Shown here in pieces: positions 53,528 to 63,733 of a stretch of DNA of 64,000 nt; positions within the stretch are counted from its first letter, which is position 1, and every line of letters starts with the position of its first letter. Source of the DNA: a virus (Duplodnaviria; Caudoviricetes). A program made the position numbers and the translations under genes. The stretch covers positions 65,635 through 129,634 of the IMG/VR virus record IMGVR_UViG_3300014204_000124; one strand, given 5' to 3'. The notes under the pieces are model-generated. The model was not told where the DNA came from, ran no database searches, and saw nothing but the letters and a program-made list of their open reading frames with translations.

Positions 53528-53708
53528 GTCAACAGAGCGTATGTTGGCGGCGTTTGAGGCTGTTTTGTCTACAAACATAGCGACAGCTCCTGTGCCTCTG
53601 GGTTCGGGGAAGGGCGTGAATTCAGGTGGTGTAGTTTTCCGCCGGTTTACTCAAAAAAAACGCAAGAAGCCCGACAAATACGTTGATTGGTTCCCCCCGA
53701 TTGAGTAG
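53517..53708 (+). CDS. small basic peptide, possible processed head peptide
   Basis: AFE-AVLSTNIATAPVPLG...RRFTQKKRKK. Confidence 0.5.
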   Translation: MSGRSTERMLAAFEAVLSTNIATAPVPLGSGKGVNSGGVVFRRFTQKKRKKPDKYVDWFPPIE

Positions 53709-53731
53709 GATGGTTCCCAAGGCGGGGCGTT

Positions 53732-53947
53732 ATGCGATTGAATGTAGATGTAGAGTCGAGAGAGTATGCGGCGTTTCAGAGTTTGTGCCGCCGGGGCGGG
53801 GTTTCAATGAGTTTTGAGGTACGGCGTCTAATCGTTGAGCGATTAGGGGCTGACTATTTTTCACGGCATGGTGTCGTGGAAGAGGATGATTCGAATGGAG
53901 GTGTTTCGTGTATAACCAGGATGCGGGAGCTGCGAAGGGGTGCTTGA
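53732..53947 (+). CDS. ribbon-helix-helix-like DNA-binding protein
   Basis: RLNVDV...Y..F...C...GVSMS..VRRLI. Confidence 0.65.
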   Translation: MRLNVDVESREYAAFQSLCRRGGVSMSFEVRRLIVERLGADYFSRHGVVEEDDSNGGVSCITRMRELRRGA

Positions 53948-54750
53948 AGTTGGGTTGGGGTGTTGTTGTTGATGGTGAATTGCAACGAGAGGCGTTGTTC
54001 AGGGAGATGGATGGGCATGATGAGGACCTATTCGCTGATCGGTCGACACCATTCGTAACCCGGACGAAGCATATTTTTGCTAACTGTTTGCAGCGATTGG
54101 GGACTCTTGAAAATCGCAGTGATTTAGTGAAGGCAGTAGCAGGGTTTACTTCGGTGGACCGGTTCCAGGTTATGATCCACCTACGTCGCATGTCTCTTGG
54201 TGATATATATCGTATGGAAGTTGAGTGCGAGAAGTGCGGTTGTACTGCGGTTAAGATGTTCGACCTGTCGCAGATCAAGACGGAGTATCCAGAGTCACCG
54301 GAGCAGCGGATATATGAAGAGATTCTGCCGTCTGGCACCATTGTTAAGTGGGAGGTAATGACCGGGGACAAGGAAGAGATTTCTGCGAAGATTAGGGAGT
54401 ATGAGCAGACCTCTTCGGATAAGAAGGGAGCCCGAGCGAACAAAGATATTGAGAAAGCGAGAATATCTCTTGCCATGTGGCTGCGTGTGATTTCTGTGGG
54501 GGATTTCGTTTTCAAGCGTAGATTCCCGTTGAATCATGATGGCGTTCCTATTGTGGATATGGAAGAGATCGCGGTATTGCAAGGGATGAGCATGAGTGAT
54601 CGCCTGAAACTGCGGCATAAGATGGAGAAGGTCGAGGCAGGGCCGGACCTTAAGTTCGAGTTCCGGTGCGAGAAGGACGGTTGCAAGCGTTTGCAGGAGA
54701 CGACTGTGGACATTACTCAGTCGGAGTTTTTCTTCCCTTTGGACGTGTAG
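53908..54750 (+). CDS. tail assembly chaperone / T4 gp26-like hub assembly protein
   Basis: REMDG.DED, DR....LRR.SLG, CEKC, LPSG, MTG..E, FFFP. Confidence 0.8.
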   Translation: MYNQDAGAAKGCLKLGWGVVVDGELQREALFREMDGHDEDLFADRSTPFVTRTKHIFANCLQRLGTLENRSDLVKAVAGFTSVDRFQVMIHLRRMSLGDIYRMEVECEKCGCTAVKMFDLSQIKTEYPESPEQRIYEEILPSGTIVKWEVMTGDKEEISAKIREYEQTSSDKKGARANKDIEKARISLAMWLRVISVGDFVFKRRFPLNHDGVPIVDMEEIAVLQGMSMSDRLKLRHKMEKVEAGPDLKFEFRCEKDGCKRLQETTVDITQSEFFFPLDV

Positions 54751-54932
54751 ACGGGCTCGAAAAGGAGTTCGTCTACTGGAAGGAGATGTGGGGGGGCGAC
54801 TACAACGAGTACATGTCGATCCCTTATTCTCGTCGGAAGCGGTTTTTGCAGGAGAAAGACGATTTAGAGACAGAGGCCAGACGGAGGGGGGGGCAAGGGC
54901 AGTCGTTCAGGAGGCAATCTCGGCGTAGATAG
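54735..54932 (+). CDS. -1 frameshift extension of the tail chaperone
   Basis: C-CCT-TTG slippery heptamer; -1 frame encodes LEKEFVYW...YMSIPYSRRKRFL. Confidence 0.7.
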   Translation, partial: PFGRVDGLEKEFVYWKEMWGGDYNEYMSIPYSRRKRFLQEKDDLETEARRRGGQGQSFRRQSRRR

Positions 54933-54940
54933 GTGGGTGT

Positions 54941-55945
54941 ATGAAAGCAGTCCGCTCAGGTAGAAGTGCCCGTCCTACGGCGGAAGAATTACGAGCCCTT
55001 TATTGGGACAGCCGAGAGAATCTGATTCAAATTGGGGCAAGGTTCGGGGTCGCTCCGGGGACTGTTTGGCATTGGATGCAGAGGTTTGGGATTGCTACAC
55101 GGAGCAAGGGGTTTGCGAAGACTCATTTGACTCCAGAGACTCACGAAGAGATATGCACGCTGTACGCATCCGGTATGTCGGCTCAAGAGGTTTCCCTGAA
55201 AATGGGACTTGCCAGGAGGGTCGTTTCGACGCACGTAAAAACGTCGGGTCTGTCGCGAGGGAGAGATGAAGCTGTCACATTGGCTCATTCCAGGGGCATA
55301 GGTTGTGAGCACAGCATCAACGCTGAGTTTTTCGATGTTTTGACAGAAGATTCGGCGTGGGTGCTGGGGTTGATTGTCGGAGACGGTAACGTATTCGTGA
55401 TAGATGATGATCAATATGCCATGACTCTGGCGGGCAGTTCTGACGTTCTTGGAAAGGTCGCAGAATTGATGGGATTCTCCGGAAATCTGGAGCGAGGGAA
55501 GGGGACTAATGGGCTGACTGCATGTTGGCGTCTGAAGTTCTATAATAGACATATTGTCGAGCGCCTAACTCAGTTGGGCGTTCACCCGAACAAGGCCAGA
55601 ACGGCCAGATTACCGATGGTAGACGAACGGTTAGTGAGCCACTTGCTTCGAGGGATTTGGGATAGCGATGGGAGCGTGAGCCACAGTGCTCCGCTGAAAA
55701 TGGGATTTGGAAGTGCGAGTCGGTGGCTGGCAGAGGATGTGCTCGCTGTAGTGAAGACGGTGACGGATACAAAATGTAGAGTCTGTGTCCGAATAGGCGA
55801 CTATGGTTTTTTGGAGAATGCAACTTATTGCACGTTCTGTTTGGGTAACAAGGATTCACGGTTACTGTCTGATTTTTTGTATGCCGGGTCTCGTGATAAA
55901 ACAAGGTGCGCTTCTAAGTATTCAAGATGCTTAGAGCATAGGTGA
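54941..55945 (+). mobile_element. free-standing LAGLIDADG homing endonuclease with N-terminal HTH repeats
   Basis: WVLGLIVGDG and LLRGIWDSDG; LRALY...IGARFGV...V..W HTH. Confidence 0.85.
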
Positions 55946-55949
55946 GCGT

Positions 55950-58900
55950 ATGCGGTTATTGGGCCTTGGATTTCTATTTAGTTCAAAGGATCGGGGCCTG
56001 TCTAAGAGTTTAGAATCTACTAGTCGTGGCATTAGTTCTATTGACGAGGCGTCTGCGAGGTTGGATCGGAGTTTAGGCCGGTCGTTTTTACCTAAGTTTC
56101 TTCAGGGCATAAATACTAGGCAGTTAGGTCAGATTGGGCAGTCAGTGGATGCTCTGGCGGACAAATTCTCCCCTCGTGGGAGCTTGACCACCAATATAAT
56201 GCAGGCAGGTATGGCCGCTGCTAAGAGCGGGCGGCAAATAGCGTTTCGGATGGGGGGCAATCTGGGGGCGACGGCCAAGAAGATGCGTGAGCTTGGAAGC
56301 GCCGCCTATGGATTGAATGCCAGTACCGAGACTGTCCAGGCTGGTTATCAGGCGTTGATTGAGAAGTTTTCAGAAGCTGAGATAGCCGCTATGGGTTTTT
56401 CCAAGGCACAGGACCTTGTGCGGATGACCGAGATGGTGGGGGATTTCAAGGGTTACGTAGGAGTTCTTGATGATTTGGCCGATACTTGGGGATTCAATGC
56501 CGTGGGGGCGAAGGAACTTGTAGACGATATCTACCGGATAGGTGGGGCTTTTGGACAGGGGGAAGGTGCGATAGCCCAGATGCAGGCGAATGTGGAGAGC
56601 ATTGGAGAGGCATTCAATTTGTTGCCAGGGCAGATCGAGCCGGAGAAGGTTCGTAAAGGTGTGGAGAGTATAACAGCGTTAGCCGGTGCTTTGTCTAAGT
56701 CTGGGTTTTCGGCGGAAGATGCGTGGACGAAGTCGCGGGATCTGTTCAAGTTTTTGAATGCACCCAAGGCCAATTTGAGCAAGTTGATGGCGGGACTAGA
56801 CCCTGGAGGGGATATTTTCGAGTCATTGGTCCGACTATCCCCTGCTTTGGGGAGTGTTGACCAAGCGATGGCTATGCTGGAGAAGTCACCGTTGGAATTT
56901 GTTCGTGCCATGAATGAGGTGTATAAGGCAACTGACGAGAACTCACAACAGGCGAAATATTTGAGGGGGGTGTTTGATTCGTTGGGGATGCGTTGGGCGT
57001 TAGGTAACGAGAATTTGGATGGTTATATTGCCGGGATTGTGGATGCCAATGGTGAGATAAAGAAAATGGGGCCGGGTTTGCAGGAAGCTGCGAACAAAAT
57101 GTACTCATTGAACTTGACTATGGATGAGCAGATTGATAGGGCGAAGGATTTGTTCGAGACGAGGTTGATCCGCATTGCTGGCAAGGAGATCCGGGCGTTT
57201 GTCAGCCGTTCAAAAGGGGCGTACACGTCGTTAGGCAATGTGATTGGGGATTTGGCGGCGGATAAGGGGCCTTTAGGGCTAATTGTAACGAAGCTGGTAG
57301 CGGTGCGGAAAATCGGGTTGTCAGCGTTGCTTCCTACCATTGGTGCGTTTGGCGACATCATCATTGATACAGTTACGAATATGGCTCCGTTGTTGACGGC
57401 GATGAGTTCGATGGGATTCAAGTTATCGGATCTTTTCGTGCCGTTGACGGGCATTAACAAGTTGATGCTGGGGATACCAGGGGCTTTATTGGGCACGGTA
57501 GGCCCGTTTGCAGCAGTAGCGGGGGCTGTGGCTTTATTGGGGCGGGTGCTTAAGAAAGGTGAAGATCCTCTGTCCGCGTTTGGAGCTACTTTCGAGGCAT
57601 TGCCAGAGAGCATGATGCGCACGTTGAATTGGTTGGGCGGGGACAAGTGGGACAAGAAAATGTGGGAGTCGTTCCGCTCGTTATCCAGTGAAGAACAGTT
57701 GGCGGAAGTCGAGAAGTCTGGGAAGAAACTGGCTGAGTCTCTGTGGACTGATTTCGAAACGAGTTTTTTTGTCGGGGTTGACCTATTGAAGGGCTGGGTT
57801 GTTGATGCCGGTGCTACGTTGTGGGAGAGTCGAGGCGCTGTATCTGAGGCACTGGGGGGGGCGTGGGATTGGGCGGTTGAGTCGGCATGGCCTGTTGTTA
57901 GAGCTGGGGTGTGGACCCTGTGGGATCATGCCAAGATTGCGGTGGGCGAAGTTGATTGGAAGGGCATGGGCGCTGCTGTATCTGAGGCATTGGGAAAGGC
58001 ATGGGAGTTGGCTAAGTTTGATGCTTTCCCATGGGTTAAGAGGAAGCTCCAATGGCTGTGGACTGAGGCTATGGGCTTTGCGGAGGACATTGATTTCGCC
58101 GGGAAGGCAAAGAATGTTTGGCGGTATGTACTGATGGGGTTTCGGGAAGTTGTTGGCAAGGCACCTCAGCTCGGGAAGGTTTTTCTTTCTGCTATTGGTG
58201 GGGGATGGGATTGGGTTGTTGAGAACAAGGGTATGCTGGCAGCGAAGTTTGTGTCTGGGGCTACGGTTGTAGTAGGTGGTGTTGCTGATGCTATGGGCAA
58301 GGCGTTCGACGCTTTGGGGTCGGGTGCGGCGTCTGGTTCGGGTTGGGTTCTTACCATTGTCGATTTTTTCGGGGACGTAGTAGAGAGAGCTGTAGATGCT
58401 TTATCGGATACAAATGTGGCTGCTATTGCGGCGAAGTTTGGGGGGTTCTTAGAGGGGGTGTTTGACGCTGGTTTCGCGGGGATGACAGGGTACAAGGTAA
58501 AAGAAGATGTCGTTTTATCGCCGATGGAACGGGCGATAAAGAATCTTGGCTCAGGGGTTCAAAAGATTGCTGGGGCTTTGTACGATGTATTGGCGAAAGT
58601 TGTTGGTGATATGTGGGATTATGCGGGGACGAAGTTTCGTGAGTGGTGGGAAGATCCCATGAGGAGTATGTTTGAGAAAGTTGGGGACGCGTTCCCACGA
58701 GTCATGAAAGCGGCGGGAATAGCCTTGTTGTTTTCGTCTGCGTTCCGCAATGCTATTTTCGGTGGTCTTGGGATGTTGTTGAAGGGGGGGTTATTCCTTC
58801 GTTTGCAGAGCACTATCCGTGGGATAGGTGCGGGGGTCGCGCCTGCTGTGGCGGCAGCGGCCATGCCCGCTGTTGCTCCTGCCATGGTAGGGGGAGGTGC

Positions 58901-61229
58901 GTATCTGCCTGGGATGGCTCCGCCTGTGCCTGCGGCGGTGCCTCAGACGCCGTGGTATCGTAGTCCTACAGCGGCGGCGAGGGCCGGAGTTGGTGCTGCT
59001 GGAGCGTATGTGGGTGGGAGCCGAGCAGGTCGGGCAGTAGGTGGGTGGGGTTCGCAGGTAGCGGGTCGAGCGGGGCCAGCGATGAGTTGGGGAATGACGG
59101 GGATGTTAGCCGGGCAAGTGATGCAGGGTATGGCGAAGCCGGGCGAGGGCATGGATATCGCTGGTGGTTTCGTAAGTGATATGGCGGGTGGTGCTGCCAT
59201 GGGTGCCATGTTGGGAGGTCCGTGGGGGGCTTTGATAGGTGGCGCTGCTGGGGCTGGGAAGGCGTTGTACCAGCTAGGTGACAAGTTAGACGAGCGTCGG
59301 AAGAGAGAAGAACAGGAGTTGAACAAAATTGAAGGTTCGCGTGTTTTCAGCAACTTAATCGGAGACCTTGAATACTTCTCCAAGACGTTTGCGCGTAGTA
59401 GCGAGACATTTGACCAGACGATGGAACGTATAGACAAAATAGGTTCAAATTTTGCGCAGGCCAATGCGGTTACAATGGCTAATATAGATGGGCTTAACAA
59501 CAGGTATCAGATTCAGTTATCGGGAATCGACTCTGTGATTGCGGGGTTGGGCCGTTATGTTGATGGCAAGGGGGTCCTTTCTGCGACTCAGATTAACGCC
59601 ACAACAAGTGCCATGGAAGCACTGCGGGGTGCCGGGTTTTTGACAGAGAAAGAATTTGCCAAGTTTTCCGAGACAGGGTCGCTTGCTGGGTTATCCGACA
59701 AGATAGGTCTGATTTCAGAAGCGTTGGAAGTGGAGCGTGCGATCATCACCGATGCGGACAGATTGTATGCTATGAAGCTCCAGACAGAGAATCTAATTTA
59801 TCAGGGGAAGGTCTTTGAAGCGGAGAGGAAAGAGAGAGAGTTGAGGCGTAAGGCAGATAAGGAGGTCGAGAAAAAAGGCAAAGCCGAGAAAACGGCGGTG
59901 TCTTTGGGGAAGGTTCAGGACGTACTTTCCGATGTGGATGTAAAGGGTGCTGTAGCGGGATTGAGGAGGCAGGATAGCCCAGAACTTATTCGGCAAGCTA
60001 AAGAGTATTTGGATGCCAAGAAGTATCGTCCCGACGATATAGATCTGCGCAAGTTCTCTGATTTGCGCTACGCGGGCAAGGGCGGAGATTTAGAAGCGAC
60101 GGCGAAGCGAATTCTGGCTAAAGAGAAAGATGCACGAACGGAGGTAGAAGCTTATAAGGCTACTCTAGCATCGCAGTTTGGAGGTTTGAAAGGGTTGTTG
60201 GGGCCAGAGGTAGATAGTTTGTTGGACCAAATAGCGTCCGGGGCAACGGATAAGATGGGTCAATTAGAGGAAACTATTTACAAGAAGCAGGCAGAAGCGA
60301 CGGCCATGTTGAAGAGTGCGGAAGAAGGCGTTGCCGCCGTAGAGGCTCTGATAGACGGCGTTTACGCTGGCCTCGAAGAGGCGGGGTTCGCTTTGGAAGA
60401 GAAAGTCAAACAGGCGGATGATGCCAGGACTCAGCAGATAGCAGAGGGGCAGGCAGCGCACAAGAAAACATTGGAGGCTCAGGCAGCGGCGCAGAAGGCG
60501 GAAGAGGAAAAGAAGGTCAAGGTCGATGCCTATAACAAAGAGTATGGAACTTCTCTGGCACGGTTTATCGATTATGATACTAAAGTGGGGTTAGAACAGA
60601 GCAAAGATTTGAAGATGCGGGAGAAGTGGAATCGCGCTCAGGAGATTGCGGGGTTGATTCAGAGGGTATCAGCGTTTGGCCTCGCCAATAGGGATCTTAT
60701 GAATAGCCCTGAATCCTATGCTAGGTTCTTGGAACGAGTGGGAGCGTTAGGGAAGCAGTATTACGAGGGGGAGCAGAAATTCGGTGCTATGTATGAGGGG
60801 TTTGGTATGGCGTTGGGGGCGACGGGCGTAGGCATGGCGGGCAAGAAATTCCCTGAGTATTCTAAGGGGGGGGTCTCTGATATGCCGTCAACTGGTGGTT
60901 TGGCGATGCTGCATGGCCGTGAGTTGGTTTATCCGTTGGATTCTCTTCCGAGTCCACAGGCTATTGCTGGCTTACGAGAAGCTATAGGTCAAGCAGGGAA
61001 CAGACCGAGTATCCAGGCGGCACCGCCGGTGAAGAGTGCTCGTGAAGCGATTCAGGTTGTTGTTGACAACGATGAGGCGAACCGAGAGTTGATTCAGGTG
61101 TTGCGGGATGAGTTGGGGGCGGTTCGGAAGCTGTTATCGGTGGACAAGCGGTATGTCCTTATCGACAGCCGTGGGAGCAAAGTGGGGGCGGTTCAGGAAC
61201 GTAGTAGAAGCGCAGCTATGGTGGGATAA
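55950..61229 (+). CDS. tape measure protein
   Basis: 1759 aa, helical, Ala/Gly-rich, Trp-spaced repeats (AVSEALG twice), C-terminal KGG...LAMLHGRELVYP; follows the chaperone. Confidence 0.9.
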   Translation: MRLLGLGFLFSSKDRGLSKSLESTSRGISSIDEASARLDRSLGRSFLPKFLQGINTRQLGQIGQSVDALADKFSPRGSLTTNIMQAGMAAAKSGRQIAFRMGGNLGATAKKMRELGSAAYGLNASTETVQAGYQALIEKFSEAEIAAMGFSKAQDLVRMTEMVGDFKGYVGVLDDLADTWGFNAVGAKELVDDIYRIGGAFGQGEGAIAQMQANVESIGEAFNLLPGQIEPEKVRKGVESITALAGALSKSGFSAEDAWTKSRDLFKFLNAPKANLSKLMAGLDPGGDIFESLVRLSPALGSVDQAMAMLEKSPLEFVRAMNEVYKATDENSQQAKYLRGVFDSLGMRWALGNENLDGYIAGIVDANGEIKKMGPGLQEAANKMYSLNLTMDEQIDRAKDLFETRLIRIAGKEIRAFVSRSKGAYTSLGNVIGDLAADKGPLGLIVTKLVAVRKIGLSALLPTIGAFGDIIIDTVTNMAPLLTAMSSMGFKLSDLFVPLTGINKLMLGIPGALLGTVGPFAAVAGAVALLGRVLKKGEDPLSAFGATFEALPESMMRTLNWLGGDKWDKKMWESFRSLSSEEQLAEVEKSGKKLAESLWTDFETSFFVGVDLLKGWVVDAGATLWESRGAVSEALGGAWDWAVESAWPVVRAGVWTLWDHAKIAVGEVDWKGMGAAVSEALGKAWELAKFDAFPWVKRKLQWLWTEAMGFAEDIDFAGKAKNVWRYVLMGFREVVGKAPQLGKVFLSAIGGGWDWVVENKGMLAAKFVSGATVVVGGVADAMGKAFDALGSGAASGSGWVLTIVDFFGDVVERAVDALSDTNVAAIAAKFGGFLEGVFDAGFAGMTGYKVKEDVVLSPMERAIKNLGSGVQKIAGALYDVLAKVVGDMWDYAGTKFREWWEDPMRSMFEKVGDAFPRVMKAAGIALLFSSAFRNAIFGGLGMLLKGGLFLRLQSTIRGIGAGVAPAVAAAAMPAVAPAMVGGGAYLPGMAPPVPAAVPQTPWYRSPTAAARAGVGAAGAYVGGSRAGRAVGGWGSQVAGRAGPAMSWGMTGMLAGQVMQGMAKPGEGMDIAGGFVSDMAGGAAMGAMLGGPWGALIGGAAGAGKALYQLGDKLDERRKREEQELNKIEGSRVFSNLIGDLEYFSKTFARSSETFDQTMERIDKIGSNFAQANAVTMANIDGLNNRYQIQLSGIDSVIAGLGRYVDGKGVLSATQINATTSAMEALRGAGFLTEKEFAKFSETGSLAGLSDKIGLISEALEVERAIITDADRLYAMKLQTENLIYQGKVFEAERKERELRRKADKEVEKKGKAEKTAVSLGKVQDVLSDVDVKGAVAGLRRQDSPELIRQAKEYLDAKKYRPDDIDLRKFSDLRYAGKGGDLEATAKRILAKEKDARTEVEAYKATLASQFGGLKGLLGPEVDSLLDQIASGATDKMGQLEETIYKKQAEATAMLKSAEEGVAAVEALIDGVYAGLEEAGFALEEKVKQADDARTQQIAEGQAAHKKTLEAQAAAQKAEEEKKVKVDAYNKEYGTSLARFIDYDTKVGLEQSKDLKMREKWNRAQEIAGLIQRVSAFGLANRDLMNSPESYARFLERVGALGKQYYEGEQKFGAMYEGFGMALGATGVGMAGKKFPEYSKGGVSDMPSTGGLAMLHGRELVYPLDSLPSPQAIAGLREAIGQAGNRPSIQAAPPVKSAREAIQVVVDNDEANRELIQVLRDELGAVRKLLSVDKRYVLIDSRGSKVGAVQERSRSAAMVG

Positions 61230-61543
61230 TGGGCGTAAGATTAGACAAAAACTCGCCTGCTTGGTTTGCCGTCCTCGCCAAGTTTAGCGATGGGAGCGAG
61301 GCGTTCGGACCTATGGACTTTCCTGTTTTAGAGGAACGGTACGATGATAGTTTTCACTTGGTCGAGAATGGGCATACTATTGAGGGATTAGCGTTGCGAT
61401 ATTATGGTTCTGTGGACCTATGGCCGGTGCTTGCTGTGGCGAATGGTTTAGAGATGCCTTCGGTGCAGTTGTATCCTGGTTTGGTGTTGCGGATTCCGTC
61501 CGCCGTATATGTCAGCAAGGTGTGGAAATCTGTGGGGAGATAA
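61229..61543 (+). CDS. LysM/tail-X-like baseplate protein
   Basis: H.V..G.TIE.LA.RYYG...LW..LA.AN...G..LRIP. Confidence 0.85.
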   Translation: MGVRLDKNSPAWFAVLAKFSDGSEAFGPMDFPVLEERYDDSFHLVENGHTIEGLALRYYGSVDLWPVLAVANGLEMPSVQLYPGLVLRIPSAVYVSKVWKSVGR

Positions 61544-61544
61544 G

Positions 61545-62897
61545 ATGTCAGTTGTGATGGGGGACCAGTTAGGTGGTTATGTAGAGCTGGTTGTAAAGAC
61601 TCCGAACGGTGTTTTTGCCATGAACAGTTCGGGCAAGGAGTTCGAGGCGAGTGGCTCGGTTCAGGATTTGGGGCCATTGCTCCAGTTCCAGTCCGCCGAA
61701 GTGTCGTTGGGGTTAAGTCTCATTCCCGAGGTCAGTTTTGATGCGTTCGTTCCGGCTGAGTATATGGTATTGGTTCTTGATTCTCAGATTGCCAATTCTC
61801 AGGGGGAGTATTACTTGCGTTTCCTGGGTTCTTCCGGGCAAAAGTCTCCCTGGTGGGGTGGCCTTACCACGAAGCCAAGCGTGAGCATTGACGACGCCGG
61901 GGCGCAGATATCGTTTCAGTCGAAGGGGATTTCAGCGTCGATTTCGGAGATTGGTTCCAGGGCTGTGGCGAAGGACCAGACGGTAAAGGCGTATATGGAG
62001 AATGTCTTTGTCGAGTTGAAGTTGGCCAACTGTCTGGTTTTCGAGGCCGACCCGAGTGTGAAGGTGACCAAGCCGTTCGTTTTCACCCGTCCGAGTTTTT
62101 GGTCGGATCTCGTGGCTTTTTTGGGTGAGTACGAGATGGCCATATTGGACAACCCGGAGCAGCCGAGTATTGACCAGCCGTTGGCGTCTTCGGTCAAGGT
62201 AATGAACATTCGGGATTTGGTGGGGGACTCCAAGGCGACTGTGATTCTTCGGTATCGTCCGGGTGCTACCATTGGTGATCAGGATGATGGCACGACGATT
62301 CTCCCGATATTGTCGTTCAAGTGTGACGCCGACGTATTGTGGACACCGGGTATGGGCGATGCGGCCCTCGTGTCGTTCAACCGGGACACGATGATGTATG
62401 ATAAGGTTTCGCTTTCCTCCGCCGACAATTCGGCGATGAAGGGTTCAGGCGACAGTTATATACTGGACGATCCATCCAATAGCCGTTTGTTGCCTCCTGT
62501 GGCCACGCGTGCGAAGGAGAGTGTGTGGAGTGTACAGGGGGCGTTGCATTGTGAGGTTTTAGACGCTGACAGTGCGGGTGGCGGTTCGGAGAAGGCGCAA
62601 GCTGATTTGACAAGGCGGCATGAATTTGCTGGGTTCGAAGCTGAGGTGGGCACTGTGGGGGCTTTGATAGTTCCGGGTTCCAAGGTGTATGTCGATGGAA
62701 TTTGCAAAAAGTTTGATGGCAGTTACTTTGTCAAGACGGCTGTTCATAGCGGTAGCGGGGCGTGGGAGACCAATCTCAGTTTGGTGAAGATTGGGGACAA
62801 GACCGAGACCGAGGCGAAGGCTGTAGGTGCTGACCCAGGGCCTCCCGATGGAGGGTCCGGTTCTGAGAAGTCGGCAACTCAAGGGGGTGGGGTATGA
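61545..62897 (+). CDS. baseplate hub (gp27/GpD-like)
   Basis: PG.KV.V.G....DG.YFVK...H; lies before the spike gene. Confidence 0.7.
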   Translation: MSVVMGDQLGGYVELVVKTPNGVFAMNSSGKEFEASGSVQDLGPLLQFQSAEVSLGLSLIPEVSFDAFVPAEYMVLVLDSQIANSQGEYYLRFLGSSGQKSPWWGGLTTKPSVSIDDAGAQISFQSKGISASISEIGSRAVAKDQTVKAYMENVFVELKLANCLVFEADPSVKVTKPFVFTRPSFWSDLVAFLGEYEMAILDNPEQPSIDQPLASSVKVMNIRDLVGDSKATVILRYRPGATIGDQDDGTTILPILSFKCDADVLWTPGMGDAALVSFNRDTMMYDKVSLSSADNSAMKGSGDSYILDDPSNSRLLPPVATRAKESVWSVQGALHCEVLDADSAGGGSEKAQADLTRRHEFAGFEAEVGTVGALIVPGSKVYVDGICKKFDGSYFVKTAVHSGSGAWETNLSLVKIGDKTETEAKAVGADPGPPDGGSGSEKSATQGGGV

Positions 62898-63733
62898 AGG
62901 TCTTCCTGGGTTGGGCAGAGCGTTTGGTGAATCTCGGTTTAGAGGTGGTTCTGGGGCGGTATTATGGGGAGTACGACGGGATTGTCAAAGACAACAAAGA
63001 TCCTGCTGGCAAGGGGCGGGTCTTGTTGGTTGTTCCTGCCACTGGGATGGGGGATGCTGTGCCTCTTCCGACATGGGCGACACCTATATTCAGCACAGCA
63101 TGTGGAGTTGGGCACGGCGGGTTTTGGCCTCCAGAGGTTGGGGACCATGTAATGGTGAGTTTCGATTTTGGGGATATAGCGAAGCCGCTATATAAGGGGG
63201 GATCTTACGGTGCCGGTGGGGTTCCGGTCGAGTTTGATCCGGGGAAGGGGAAGGCACCCATGAAGCGCGGGTGGCGGAGTGTTGCCGGGCATTTTCTCCG
63301 GTTCAACGATACTCCTGGGGCTGAGTCTGTGGTCTTGGCTTCGGCTGGGAAGTCTATGGTGAGCCTTGACGCTGGGGTTTTCATAGCGTCTAACGGTGGC
63401 ACTTCGATTTTCCAGATGAAGGATGGCACGATTGTATTGGTAGATAATGCGGGTAATGTTATCAGCAGTTCTAGTTCCGGGTGGACCATCCAGAACGGGA
63501 CTGTATTTATTGAGTTGAAGGGGGATATGGTCCAGATAGTGGGGGCGAAGATTGCTGTAGCGGGCAGTGTTTCTCTGGGGGCACCTATGGCGGACACGCC
63601 TGCTGTCAGATTCTTGGAGTTATCGACGTGGCTTTCCACGCATACTCATCCTACGTTCAATGGCCCGAGCGGTCCGCCGATACAGGCGGGTACGGTCGCA
63701 ACTATTAAATCAAAATCAGTGATGGTGGCATAA
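62894..63733 (+). CDS. baseplate spike (gp5/GpV-like)
   Basis: YYG.Y.GIV.DN.DP...GRV, PEVGD.V.V.F..GD...P, terminal THTHP. Confidence 0.9.
   Translation: MKVFLGWAERLVNLGLEVVLGRYYGEYDGIVKDNKDPAGKGRVLLVVPATGMGDAVPLPTWATPIFSTACGVGHGGFWPPEVGDHVMVSFDFGDIAKPLYKGGSYGAGGVPVEFDPGKGKAPMKRGWRSVAGHFLRFNDTPGAESVVLASAGKSMVSLDAGVFIASNGGTSIFQMKDGTIVLVDNAGNVISSSSSGWTIQNGTVFIELKGDMVQIVGAKIAVAGSVSLGAPMADTPAVRFLELSTWLSTHTHPTFNGPSGPPIQAGTVATIKSKSVMVA

Noticed and set aside
54933-55949. Group I intron around the LAGLIDADG gene
   Set aside because: Flanks are too short to hold a ribozyme core and the adjacent genes look complete
57835-58010. Diversity-generating retroelement TR/VR pair (GCTGTATCTGAGGCA repeat)
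   Set aside because: Short in-frame tape measure repeat (AVSEALG); no reverse transcriptase and no adenine-specific mismatches
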